Assembly (NCBI GenBank): GCA_025058595.1
Contig: JANXEK010000003.1
Location: 4,233-68,232, forward strand
Direction of reading: 5' to 3'
Length of the DNA stretch: 64,000 nucleotides
From: Candidatus Bathyarchaeota archaeon
GTDB lineage: Archaea > Thermoproteota > CALKCG01 > B24 > DRYS01
Part shown: positions 48,752-58,433 of the stretch, in pieces
How the letters are laid out: each line of letters starts with the position of its first letter
Numbering within the stretch: position 1 is the stretch's first letter
Made by a program: the position numbers and the translations under genes
The notes under the pieces: model-generated
Seen by the model: only the letters and a program-made list of their open reading frames with translations
What the model was told of the DNA's origin: nothing
Databases searched by the model: none

Positions 48752-50085
48752 CTATGAATCCTATCCAGCACACTATCCCTAGCTTTAACGGCCTCCTCTA
48801 GGAGCCATTCTACATCTACGGTAGTTATACGGCCTTCATCCACTACAAGCTTACCATCGATTAATACGTATCTGACATCTGAGCCTCTAGCAGCGTAGAT
48901 GATATGACTATACTCATCGTATAGTGGCATCAGATGTGGTTTACGGAAATCTAGGATAGCTATATCCGCATAGTATCCAGGCTTTATAGCGCCCAGCTTA
49001 TCCCACATTAAGGCTTCAGCAGCCGATATCGTAGCAGCTTTCAGGACGGAAAATGCAGGCATAACCGTCGGATCTCTACAAACCCCCTTATGAATAAGAG
49101 CGGTAAACTTCATCGTTTCGAACATATCTGAACGGTTATGCGAGCATACACTATCCGTACCTATGGTTACCTTCACACCCCTCTTCAACATAGCAGGTAT
49201 AGGTGCTATACCCGAGGATAGCTTAAGGTTGGAGACCGGGCAGTGGACTACTTTAACCCTCCGCTTGGCTAGTATAGAGATATCATCCTCCGATACGTAT
49301 ACGCAGTGTGCAGCGACGGTGTACTCATCCAATACTCCGAGATTCTCCATATAAGATACTACGCTTTTACCCGTTTCTACACCGAAAGCTTTCTTCACCT
49401 TCACAGGTTCATCTTCCGTTTCGGCTAGATGCGTATGAAATGTAACGGGGGATTCATGATTTTTATCGTTAAGTTCTAAGCATAGGTTATGTAGTTCGAC
49501 CATATAGCTGGGGTCGACTGTATAACATGCATGCGGATCTATGGAAACCCTTATACGTCCATCCTTACCATGCCATTCTCTATATAGGTGATCCGTAAGC
49601 TTTAGATCATCCTCCCTACGCCATGAGAAGCATACATGACCTACGACCCCCCTCATACCTGAATCCATTATAGCTTTAGCTTCGCTATAATCCGGGGCGT
49701 AGTGATACATAGTGTTCACGGTAGTACAGCCTGAGAGGATGGATTCGACAGCAGTGAGCAATGCACCTACATATATATCGTAACCTGTGAGCTTCGATTC
49801 AAAGGGCCAAACCCATTTCTCAAGCCATTCGGAGAGAGCTAGATCGTCTGCATACCCTCTTAGGAGCCCCATAGCTATATGATGATGACAGTTTATCAAG
49901 CCTGGGATGGCTACGCATCCGCTAGCATCGATCTTATCGTATCCAGGATATCTGGATGCGATATCTCTAGATCCTACATCGATTATCTCACCATCCTCTA
50001 CTATTATACATCCATCCCTAACGATGCCTATCTCGCTCATAGTAACTATAGATCCACCTACTATCTTAAACTCCAAGCAGGACAC
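48748..50085 (-). CDS. Amidohydrolase-family deaminase (MtaD/SsnA/chlorohydrolase-like)
   Basis: INCHHHIAMGLLRG metal-binding HxH motif with downstream His and Asp ligands (HTHLAE, DSVCSHN). Confidence 0.75.
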   Translation of the reverse strand: MSCLEFKIVGGSIVTMSEIGIVRDGCIIVEDGEIIDVGSRDIASRYPGYDKIDASGCVAIPGLINCHHHIAMGLLRGYADDLALSEWLEKWVWPFESKLTGYDIYVGALLTAVESILSGCTTVNTMYHYAPDYSEAKAIMDSGMRGVVGHVCFSWRREDDLKLTDHLYREWHGKDGRIRVSIDPHACYTVDPSYMVELHNLCLELNDKNHESPVTFHTHLAETEDEPVKVKKAFGVETGKSVVSYMENLGVLDEYTVAAHCVYVSEDDISILAKRRVKVVHCPVSNLKLSSGIAPIPAMLKRGVKVTIGTDSVCSHNRSDMFETMKFTALIHKGVCRDPTVMPAFSVLKAATISAAEALMWDKLGAIKPGYYADIAILDFRKPHLMPLYDEYSHIIYAARGSDVRYVLIDGKLVVDEGRITTVDVEWLLEEAVKARDSVLDRIHS

Positions 50086-50266
50086 CTAACATATCTTCTC
50101 TGATATACCGGTTAGATTAAATTTTGCAGAGATGATATTTCCAGAACCATCTACTTCGATGCGAAGGACATGTATGCGTTTAGATACGCCGATCCACATC
50201 GGGTATATCGCCTTCATAGGGTTAACGTAAGCGAGGAGAACCCGCTAGCCGGGAGAGATATATTCG

Positions 50267-50920
50267 TCAACCTAGATACCTGTAGATATCCGCTTGCCTC
50301 CTCATACGTATGATCGACGAGTACGTACGCCAACTTCTACGTACTATACCGTTAGCCTCTGCCTCCTCTAGAGAGTTATAGAGAAATTCTATAGTTCTCC
50401 TATCCGACGGGTAGCCTGAGCCTATCTCTCCGTAGATATTTCTATAGCTATCCATGATATCATCCCTCCTAGCCTTAGCTAGTATAGATGCAGCGGATAC
50501 CATCGGTATATCCCTATCGGCGTGGCATAACGCTACTATGTTACATCTCCACCTACAGTATGAAGATACCATAGCTGAAAACCTTCCACAACTACGTAGC
50601 GGTGAATCTATATAGGCTGTATCCGGTTTAAGCTGGTCGATGATCTCGGAGAAATATCTAGCTTCCAGATCGTTGAACTTATGTATACGTACGGCTGAAT
50701 CTATCTCGAATGGAGGAACCTCGATTATACGATGGTCCGATATGATCTTAAATATCATATCTCTAAGCTTAACCCTTTGCTTCCTAGAGAGTAGCTTAGA
50801 ATCCCTGACACCGATCTCTACGAGCCTCTTGATACAATCTTCATCTACTAGTATTCCGCATATTACGAGGGGACCGATAATAGAACCCCTACCAGCTTCA
50901 TCCAAACCCGCTAACATCAT
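50267..50920 (-). CDS. rnhB: Ribonuclease HII
   Basis: LAGLDEAGRGSIIGPLVI at the N-terminus (DEAGRG catalytic motif). Confidence 0.9.
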   Translation of the reverse strand: MMLAGLDEAGRGSIIGPLVICGILVDEDCIKRLVEIGVRDSKLLSRKQRVKLRDMIFKIISDHRIIEVPPFEIDSAVRIHKFNDLEARYFSEIIDQLKPDTAYIDSPLRSCGRFSAMVSSYCRWRCNIVALCHADRDIPMVSAASILAKARRDDIMDSYRNIYGEIGSGYPSDRRTIEFLYNSLEEAEANGIVRRSWRTYSSIIRMRRQADIYRYLG

Positions 50921-51008
50921 CTCTGACTGCCCCTCGAGGTTTAGATGATCCTAAACGCTATATATCCTTGTATTATAGTTGTAGGTTAAACCTAGTTAGA
51001 TCTAGGAT

Positions 51009-51641
51009 ATGTATACATACGATAAGCTGATCTACGATATATCTACGGTGAAAGGATGCGGGCTACCCGTCAAGCTGGTAGTCGGAGGACTACATGGACG
51101 TGAATGGACCGTATCTAAACTCTTAGAGCCGAAGATTAGATCTGTAAACTGGAGTCTAGTAGGCTGCTTTATATTCGTTCCTAGAATATCGTTTGATCAA
51201 TGCTATAGGACTACACTAAGTCTATCGTTCTATAGATCGGAAGCCGGGTTAAACCTGATATGGCTTTTAAGGAAGCTTAAACCCTCGATTTACGTCGAGA
51301 TACATGGCTATTCGAAGAATAACCTTAGGAAGCTAGTTGATCCTCTAAGGCTTCAGAAGAGGGGTGTGCCTAGCTTTTTCCAACTGAGATCGGGTCTGCT
51401 AGTGGGCTCTGTATCGCCGATAACCTTATCGCTAGTAGATATAGATGTACCGCTAGCTTTGGAGTTGCCTCTTAAACCGAAGGGTTCTGCGTTAACGGAT
51501 TGCATGAGGCTTCTACGTATTATCGCTAGATCCAAGGGTAGCACAGATCTATGGAGGTCGATCGCAGAATTCTACGATGAACCCGGGTTTAAATCGTATC
51601 TATGTAGGATGAGGATATGGATCGAACTATTCAGAAGATAG
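51009..51641 (+). CDS. Hypothetical protein with a degenerate AstE/AspA-like GGxHGxE motif
   Basis: VVGGLHGREW near the N-terminus; 210 aa; otherwise unassigned. Confidence 0.3.
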   Translation: MYTYDKLIYDISTVKGCGLPVKLVVGGLHGREWTVSKLLEPKIRSVNWSLVGCFIFVPRISFDQCYRTTLSLSFYRSEAGLNLIWLLRKLKPSIYVEIHGYSKNNLRKLVDPLRLQKRGVPSFFQLRSGLLVGSVSPITLSLVDIDVPLALELPLKPKGSALTDCMRLLRIIARSKGSTDLWRSIAEFYDEPGFKSYLCRMRIWIELFRR

Positions 51642-52470
51642 GTATCTCCATCCTCCGCTCCTTATCGAACACCGATATACACCTATATCCAGCTTTCGAG
51701 ATCTCTTTGATAGCATCTTCGAAATGGTATGCTACGTCCTCAGGTTTATGTGCATCAGAACCGAGCGTTATAGGTACATTATACCTTCTTAAAACCTCCA
51801 GGAACTCTCTAGCTGGGTAGATTTCTGCTACAGGTTTTCTTAAACCAGAGGTATTAACTTCTACGCATACACCGGCTTTAGCCAGCCTCCTAGCGGTGTC
51901 CTCGTACAACGGCTTCATATCTTCACATGGTTTGAAACCGAATATTTTAGGTAGATCTATATGAGCGATTATCTGGAACATCTTAGACGATGCCGCCTCA
52001 CATACTAGATCGAAGTATTCTTCGTACAGTTTGTATAGGTCAATCTTCATATACCTATCTTTAGATTTAGAGCTGTTAATAACCCATTCGCCTATCTTAT
52101 GGATCGAAAGCAACGTATAATCAAGGTCATCTATAGATTCCAGTATATTCGCTATAGATTCGATTTTATCGCATGAATACTCGACTTCTAATCCAAGCCT
52201 AACCCTGATCCTATCTTCGTAAAGACGTTTAGCTTCCTCCACCATATCCACGTAGAGATGTAGTTCATCGAGCGGTACAGAATCTTCCGGTATAGAGAGG
52301 CTTAGATGATCGGATACACCTATCTCAACCAGGTTAGCGGATATGGCTGCCTCGACGTAATCCACCGGTTTACCTACCGCGTGTCCGCATAGATATGTAT
52401 GCGTATGGTAGTCCACCAGGTTCACGATCTCTAAGGATGAAGCTAGGCTTCTATTAAGTCTTCCCTCCAT
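51631..52470 (-). CDS. PHP-family phosphoesterase (histidinol-phosphatase HisJ-like)
   Basis: DYHTHTYLCGHA N-terminal PHP motif plus downstream His and Asp ligands (SDH, HID, GSDAH). Confidence 0.7.
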   Translation of the reverse strand: MEGRLNRSLASSLEIVNLVDYHTHTYLCGHAVGKPVDYVEAAISANLVEIGVSDHLSLSIPEDSVPLDELHLYVDMVEEAKRLYEDRIRVRLGLEVEYSCDKIESIANILESIDDLDYTLLSIHKIGEWVINSSKSKDRYMKIDLYKLYEEYFDLVCEAASSKMFQIIAHIDLPKIFGFKPCEDMKPLYEDTARRLAKAGVCVEVNTSGLRKPVAEIYPAREFLEVLRRYNVPITLGSDAHKPEDVAYHFEDAIKEISKAGYRCISVFDKERRMEIPIF

Positions 52471-52518
52471 TAGAGGATAGGTAATAGTTTATATAGCTTT
52501 ATCCAAGCTATCGGGAGA

Positions 52519-52884
52519 TTGATGTCCTACGAGTATGTACATCTGAAAAGAGCGTTAAGCGATCTACTCAAGGAGTATGGTATAACGGTATACGATATAC
52601 TAGATGCTATGGATGAAGAGCCTACAGGTATAAAGGAGTCATTCATGCGTAGGGTTACCATATCTGAGGATGAATACGAGGAGTTAGCTAAAAACCTCTC
52701 CGCACGTCAACTGAATTTACTCCTCTTCGCTCTTCAAGTATTCTATATAGGCAATATCTCTGGACTCTATAAAGGGTATATGATAGTACCTGCAAGGGAT
52801 GAGGTCGTTAAAGGAGTTACTACGATAACCTTCGAGGGGGTTAAGAAGGTAGCTAAAGCTTTAGGCTTTGAGCTGAAGGATTAG
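52519..52884 (+). CDS. Hypothetical protein
   Basis: 121-aa ORF with no recognised motif. It is kept as a CDS because it does not overlap any other ORF. Confidence 0.35.
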   Translation: MMSYEYVHLKRALSDLLKEYGITVYDILDAMDEEPTGIKESFMRRVTISEDEYEELAKNLSARQLNLLLFALQVFYIGNISGLYKGYMIVPARDEVVKGVTTITFEGVKKVAKALGFELKD

Positions 52885-52906
52885 ATTACCTGGGGGATAT
52901 GGGTGG

Positions 52907-53248
52907 ATGGATGTAGAGCTAGCTGTGGGTAGGAAGGTAAAGATTCTCGGATTAGATTATAGGAGAAGCGAAGATGAACTTATATGGTGCTCCTCGACTA
53001 TGGAGGTATCTAAGCTTTTCTGGGTGGATGGATACCTAATATGTATGGAGATCCCTGAGAAATCCTTCGAACACGAAGTAGAAACCGGGGAATTCATCAT
53101 AAGTCAGTTATGCTTTACACGATGCTCGAAGTATGAAAGGTTTAAACCTATAGCTAGAGGAGGACAGATACCTGTAGTAGATATGTCTTCGATGAAGCTG
53201 TTCCAAGGGATCGCTAAAGTATTATCTACCCACGAACCTTCAACCTAG
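52907..53248 (+). CDS. Hypothetical protein
   Basis: 113-aa ORF with no recognised motif. It is kept as a CDS because it does not overlap any other ORF. Confidence 0.35.
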   Translation: MDVELAVGRKVKILGLDYRRSEDELIWCSSTMEVSKLFWVDGYLICMEIPEKSFEHEVETGEFIISQLCFTRCSKYERFKPIARGGQIPVVDMSSMKLFQGIAKVLSTHEPST

Positions 53249-56200
53249 CTCTCCTACCCAGTATATAGCCTATAGCTGTAAAAGCTAAACCTACTAGAAG
53301 CAATATAATCACCATGCTTCTGATAGGAGGTATAACCTCAAACTTTAAAGACCTCTCTACGTAGGCGTGTAGCTTATCCTCGACTCTAACCATCGCCTGG
53401 TATACCCCTATCGGATCGTTTATACCTGGGGTGTAAGATAGGGTGAATGTTCCGTCGGCTATATATGACCCGCTTAAGTATACGGTGGATCCGTTAGGCT
53501 TCACTATCTCAAGCGTTACGTTGAGCTTATCCATGCCGGTTTCCTCATCCCTAGCGACTACTATCACCGTATAGGATTCAAACATCTGCTCCACCCTACT
53601 ATCTAGGATGTTTAGCGATAGTATCCTTGGAGGCTTATTCGATAGCTTCGACGCTACGGAGGATAAGAGGTCTATATTCCCAGCTGTAGCATTCTCGACA
53701 GGTTCTACATAGCCTATAAGCCTGCCTTCCTCGATATCCCATCTAACGTTGTAGCTCAGCTTACACCATAGATCGTCGAAGGAGAAAACACTAGAATGTA
53801 CGAACAGCTTAACCTTACCATCTAGATCCCTATAGATTAACGATGAGTAGAAGCTACTCGATACGTTAAGGAATCCATATAGACCAACCTCGATAGCCCT
53901 GAACATAACCTGTATCGATCCACCCATGATAGGTGTGGACACGTCGAAGAGCACACCGTAGGCTACCGTTAGAATGAGAGGGGCTAATTCTTCGAAGCCA
54001 CGTAGATCGAGCTTAACGGATGAATTGCTCCATCTATAATATGGTTCTTTAACCGCTTTCAACCCGTATTCTTCGAGTACGGTTCTGTAGCCGTACTTGA
54101 GAGCGAAGATAGCTGGACCTGCTAGTATGACTGCGGAGCCATCGCTATCTAGGAAGTAGTCTAGCGTCGAACGTATATCCTGGTACCCGTAGTATGGATC
54201 CGGAAGTATCAGGAGATCGATCCTTCTAGGCTGCTTTATATGTAGGCTAGCAGGAACCATCCTTATACCTTTAAGAGCTGAAGCCTTCCATAGGTCTGTA
54301 TACCATAGGTATAGATCGTTTCTACCCGGTATGAAATCTAACCTATCATGCCATAGGATGGTAGCTATAGGTTCACGTACATCTATACTTACAGGTATGG
54401 AGGCTATGATGCCGCTACTCCCCTCGAATATTAAGCTCCCGTTATATACCGCTGGCTTTAGATTATCGGGGATGTAACCGTAGATGGATGTATATACTTG
54501 GAAGCCTATATTCTTAGTCGAGTATGCTCTAAGTATAAGCGATGCGTTTCCATCTACGTAAGCTTTAACCCAGGATATAGGAGTCGAGGATATAAGCGTT
54601 ACGTTTAGGTAATCGATATCCCCAGGATACATGAATATGAAAGGTTTCTCGACGCCATCTATCCTTGAAGGTATAGATGCTACCACCTTAGGGTATAAGC
54701 CTACATATAGGTCGAAGATGAACGTATCGTACGATCTGTGGATCTCCCATGGTAGATTCTCTAGTTCGAAGCAGACCTTATAGAAGCCTTCAGGAAGCTT
54801 TGGTAGACGGAATTCGTAGTAGTTATCCGTATAACCGTCTAGATATAGATGGTAATCCATACCGTAATCATAGGTGCCGGAGAAGCTTTTGATCCTCATA
54901 GAGATCTTCGCATCTCTACTAGGTCCAAGATTTCTAACGAAAGCTTTGAAGATACCGGACGATCCCGGTGGTACGATCCTTATAATCTCGATAGGTCTTA
55001 GGAAAGCCTCCCCTACGCTTCTACCTATCAGGGTTGGGAATAGGGATGATACCTCTCTATACGAACTAGATATAGCGATATAGATTTTGATAGGTTTATC
55101 GCTGAACCTTAAGGTTAAAGTTACGTTCTTAGGATTAACCGTATAGGCATCTCTAGATCCGCTTAGGAGATAGTTGTAGGGTCTATCGGTTGAAGCTAAA
55201 CCTATAACCGTATAGCCGTCCCATACGATGATGCCTTCGAGTCCGCCTAGATACGCGGCTTCTAGGAAGCCTAACATCCCAGATGGGGTTAAAGTGACGT
55301 TTAGAAGATCTATATCGCCGCTAATCTTCGATAGCTTAAACTCTATATACGGTTGATTGATCGGTATAGTCGTTTCTATACGGATCTTTAGCCCTCCGTA
55401 TTCGAGGTCTGCGTACCCGCTCCATAATCTATCCGTGAAGCTAGTTAGTTTGAACCCAGCTGTAGCAGTCATAGATTTCTGGGTTATCCACCTATCAGAA
55501 TCGACGGGAAGAATCGATATGTATACATCCTCCAACACCCTAGCCTTACCATAGAATAGCCATGTAAGCATAGCTTTCTCGGAAATTATTAAATGGAATA
55601 AACCGTTACCGATCAACGTATAATTTCCATATACCTTATAGTATCGAGAGCCTATTTTAGATGTTTCCTGTCTACGATCCAGCGTTATGGATCTAAGCCC
55701 GCTAGCATACTCTACAGATACTCTAACCTCTAACGGTTGAAGATTCTCCTCGAGTATCCTGAGACAGCCATATGCGTCTACAAACCCGGCTCCCTGCTCG
55801 GTATAATCTACATCTTTAAACGGTTTAGCAGAGGCGACTAGACCGGCTATCAGAGCTTGAGGTGTAAGCCAAGGCTTAGCGGATAGGATCAGAGCTGTAA
55901 CACCTACTACATGAGCTGTAGCAGGTGATGTACCGGATATCTCTATATAGCCTTCGTAGCCATCATACTTGAATCTATCGTAGAGTACACCGCTACCTGG
56001 AGCTACTATCCTAACACCCGGGGCTACTATCAGAGGTGCGTATCTCAAGCTGTATGGATCAGGCCCTTTAGATGAGAAGAATGCTATACCGTTTCTCGTA
56101 GCCGCACCTACGGATATTACCGATGGGGTAGATGAAGGCGATACTACTGTCCAATGGTAGCCTAGATTACCAGCTGCAGCTACGAACACTATCCCTCGAT

Positions 56201-57068
56201 CGGTAAGCCTCTTCACAAGTCTATTGAATGGATGATCTTCGGGTAGAGGCGGATATACACCCCATGCAGCGCATACGACATCTGGCTTAATGGATTCTAG
56301 ATATTCTAGAGCTTTGAATAGAATCTCTATGGTCGAGTATGCTTCCAACCCTTCGGTTTTAAACGCTTTAACATTCACTATCAATGCATCTGGAGCAACC
56401 CCTCTAAATCTACCGTTAGATGCTAAACCTGAACCGGCTGCTATACCTGCCATAGCCGTTCCATGCCCATGTCTATCTTCGGCATCTTCCCCTTCGACGA
56501 AAGAAATAGATTCTACTATCTTACTTGTACCGTTAGCGAAGTAGAAGTCTGGATGACTACTATCCACACCCGTATCGACGATAGCTATACGCACACCCCT
56601 ACCAGTATACCCTATACTCCATAGCATAGTAGCGTTCACCATCTCCACCGTTTCGTTTAGAGGCGTAACTCTGTAGCCTGATAGGGTGAATCTACAACCT
56701 AGTATATCTATGTCTGCGAGTTCGACTAAGCTATCCATCCACACCGATTTGACATACCGGCTCTCCATAACATAGCTTAGCTCATCCTCTGAGGCTTCGA
56801 CGAAGACTACAGGCATCGTTTTAGAGATATACCGTACCTTAAGACCGTACGAGTGGATATCTGCGAGGCCGATGATATCGGTTAACTCTATTATGAAGAT
56901 CTTACTACCATTACACCGTGCGTAAATCTCATCTATATATCCAGGGATACGGTTGATTTGATGGATCGGAGGGAGGGTTATCTGTTGGAAGCCGAGGAAC
57001 GGGGGATAGAATATTTGTAGGAGTAGGGATGCAAGTATTATCGTGATATAAACCGATCGTTTCTTCAA
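53226..57068 (-). CDS. Extracellular S8-family subtilisin-like serine protease (pyrolysin-like). It has a very long C-terminal extension and a C-terminal TM anchor.
   Basis: Signal peptide, catalytic triad motifs VDTGVD, HGHGTAMAGIAAG and GTSPATAHVVGV, 1280 aa, and a C-terminal hydrophobic helix followed by RRARLKVRG. Confidence 0.85.
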   Translation of the reverse strand: MKKRSVYITIILASLLLQIFYPPFLGFQQITLPPIHQINRIPGYIDEIYARCNGSKIFIIELTDIIGLADIHSYGLKVRYISKTMPVVFVEASEDELSYVMESRYVKSVWMDSLVELADIDILGCRFTLSGYRVTPLNETVEMVNATMLWSIGYTGRGVRIAIVDTGVDSSHPDFYFANGTSKIVESISFVEGEDAEDRHGHGTAMAGIAAGSGLASNGRFRGVAPDALIVNVKAFKTEGLEAYSTIEILFKALEYLESIKPDVVCAAWGVYPPLPEDHPFNRLVKRLTDRGIVFVAAAGNLGYHWTVVSPSSTPSVISVGAATRNGIAFFSSKGPDPYSLRYAPLIVAPGVRIVAPGSGVLYDRFKYDGYEGYIEISGTSPATAHVVGVTALILSAKPWLTPQALIAGLVASAKPFKDVDYTEQGAGFVDAYGCLRILEENLQPLEVRVSVEYASGLRSITLDRRQETSKIGSRYYKVYGNYTLIGNGLFHLIISEKAMLTWLFYGKARVLEDVYISILPVDSDRWITQKSMTATAGFKLTSFTDRLWSGYADLEYGGLKIRIETTIPINQPYIEFKLSKISGDIDLLNVTLTPSGMLGFLEAAYLGGLEGIIVWDGYTVIGLASTDRPYNYLLSGSRDAYTVNPKNVTLTLRFSDKPIKIYIAISSSYREVSSLFPTLIGRSVGEAFLRPIEIIRIVPPGSSGIFKAFVRNLGPSRDAKISMRIKSFSGTYDYGMDYHLYLDGYTDNYYEFRLPKLPEGFYKVCFELENLPWEIHRSYDTFIFDLYVGLYPKVVASIPSRIDGVEKPFIFMYPGDIDYLNVTLISSTPISWVKAYVDGNASLILRAYSTKNIGFQVYTSIYGYIPDNLKPAVYNGSLIFEGSSGIIASIPVSIDVREPIATILWHDRLDFIPGRNDLYLWYTDLWKASALKGIRMVPASLHIKQPRRIDLLILPDPYYGYQDIRSTLDYFLDSDGSAVILAGPAIFALKYGYRTVLEEYGLKAVKEPYYRWSNSSVKLDLRGFEELAPLILTVAYGVLFDVSTPIMGGSIQVMFRAIEVGLYGFLNVSSSFYSSLIYRDLDGKVKLFVHSSVFSFDDLWCKLSYNVRWDIEEGRLIGYVEPVENATAGNIDLLSSVASKLSNKPPRILSLNILDSRVEQMFESYTVIVVARDEETGMDKLNVTLEIVKPNGSTVYLSGSYIADGTFTLSYTPGINDPIGVYQAMVRVEDKLHAYVERSLKFEVIPPIRSMVIILLLVGLAFTAIGYILGRRARLKVRG

Positions 57069-57102
57069 ACCTATATTAGCCTACGTATACGTTCTATTTA
57101 AC

Positions 57103-57648
57103 TTAACCCTCGCTTTCAACATCCATCTTAATCATAAGCTCGAGAAGTTTGCTTACATCGATCTCAGCTTTACCCCTCCATCCGATCCTCATAGTATCTC
57201 CGTCTCGTTCGAGGTATCCATACCTTACGAGCCTTCTCAGGGTAGCTTCCACAAACCAGCTTGGAAATTTAACTTCGAGTAGACGTATAAGCTCCCTAGA
57301 ACTTATAGAGCCCTGCCTTGAAGCTATGTATGCTACCGAAGCTGCGAGTATAGCAAGCTCATCTATACGCCAACCTGCAGATATAGCTTCGCTCATCCGG
57401 ATACCATCCTTCACTGTAATTAGGAATCTCGCTTGATCGGGGGTTGTCTCCCCCTCTTCGTATACCATCCTAACGTGTAAACCGTAGGAATCGATAATCT
57501 CGTTCAAGTATTCGAGAACCCTAAGGTAGTTTTTACCTACAGAGCGTTTAAGCTCCCATCCCTTTACACCAGGCTTCCTATGCCTCTGTAGAAGTAGGAG
57601 TTGTAGTGCTCTCCTAGCTCGCTCCTCTAGATCCCTTCTGGACTTCAC
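57103..57648 (-). CDS. ScpB-like winged-helix protein, a putative kite subunit
   Basis: 181-aa soluble protein starting 3 nt after the kleisin-like gene. The winged-helix pattern was not rigorously verified. Confidence 0.35.
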   Translation of the reverse strand: MKSRRDLEERARRALQLLLLQRHRKPGVKGWELKRSVGKNYLRVLEYLNEIIDSYGLHVRMVYEEGETTPDQARFLITVKDGIRMSEAISAGWRIDELAILAASVAYIASRQGSISSRELIRLLEVKFPSWFVEATLRRLVRYGYLERDGDTMRIGWRGKAEIDVSKLLELMIKMDVESEG

Positions 57649-57650
57649 CC

Positions 57651-58433
57651 CTACCCACCCATCCCTATGGATATAGCGATGGATCTAGGCTGATCTGATC
57701 CGCTACATGCCGTTACGTAGAATTTATCCGTAGATGGATCGTAGATCAGACCTATACGGCCTGATGATATTAGAAAGCTTAGCAGGTAGGCTCTGGTAAC
57801 TCTTTCAACCCAATTCTCCACGCCGATTATCTCGCTATACTCGACCCTACCTTTAACCGATAGGAGCTGCTTAACATGATACTCGATATCTGATAGAATA
57901 TCATCGAACCCTTTATCGTAGAGTAGACCCAGCTTAGAGGCTTCATCGAACGATAAGCTTAGATACTCCATAGAGCTCCTCGAAAACCTACTCCATCTAC
58001 CCTTCAAAGGCTTCAACCGATTCCAATAATCTATGGCTAGATCTAATGCCGGCTGGGTTAACGTATCGATGGATGCTATAGGAGTCCAGCATGATACGAG
58101 TATACGTGCTAGTATTCTATTTGAAGTAGCTTTAACCCTGGATTCTACGAATAAGGGGTCTACGAAGAGTCTACTAGATCTAAACCGGACCCATCTATCC
58201 TGGGATTCGACTACAGCGGATAGATCGTATAAAGCTTCGCCATCTAGACGTATATCGTCTAAGCTTGAAGCCGATTCGATGAAGCTTCTAAGCTTATCTA
58301 AAGACTCCTTCATATCTATCTGGAATGGATCGGCTCCACGTTTAACCGTAAGCCTACACTGTGCTATAAGCTTCTCAACCTCCCTTCTAGCGGCTGCTAT
58401 CTTACGCTTCGACATAGGCTTCGATCTTCCCAA
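57651..58433 (-). CDS. ScpA/kleisin-like protein, assigned tentatively
   Basis: 260 aa; overlaps the 3' end of the SMC-like gene by 32 nt; basic N-terminus; size and context fit ScpA. Confidence 0.4.
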   Translation of the reverse strand: MGRSKPMSKRKIAAARREVEKLIAQCRLTVKRGADPFQIDMKESLDKLRSFIESASSLDDIRLDGEALYDLSAVVESQDRWVRFRSSRLFVDPLFVESRVKATSNRILARILVSCWTPIASIDTLTQPALDLAIDYWNRLKPLKGRWSRFSRSSMEYLSLSFDEASKLGLLYDKGFDDILSDIEYHVKQLLSVKGRVEYSEIIGVENWVERVTRAYLLSFLISSGRIGLIYDPSTDKFYVTACSGSDQPRSIAISIGMGG

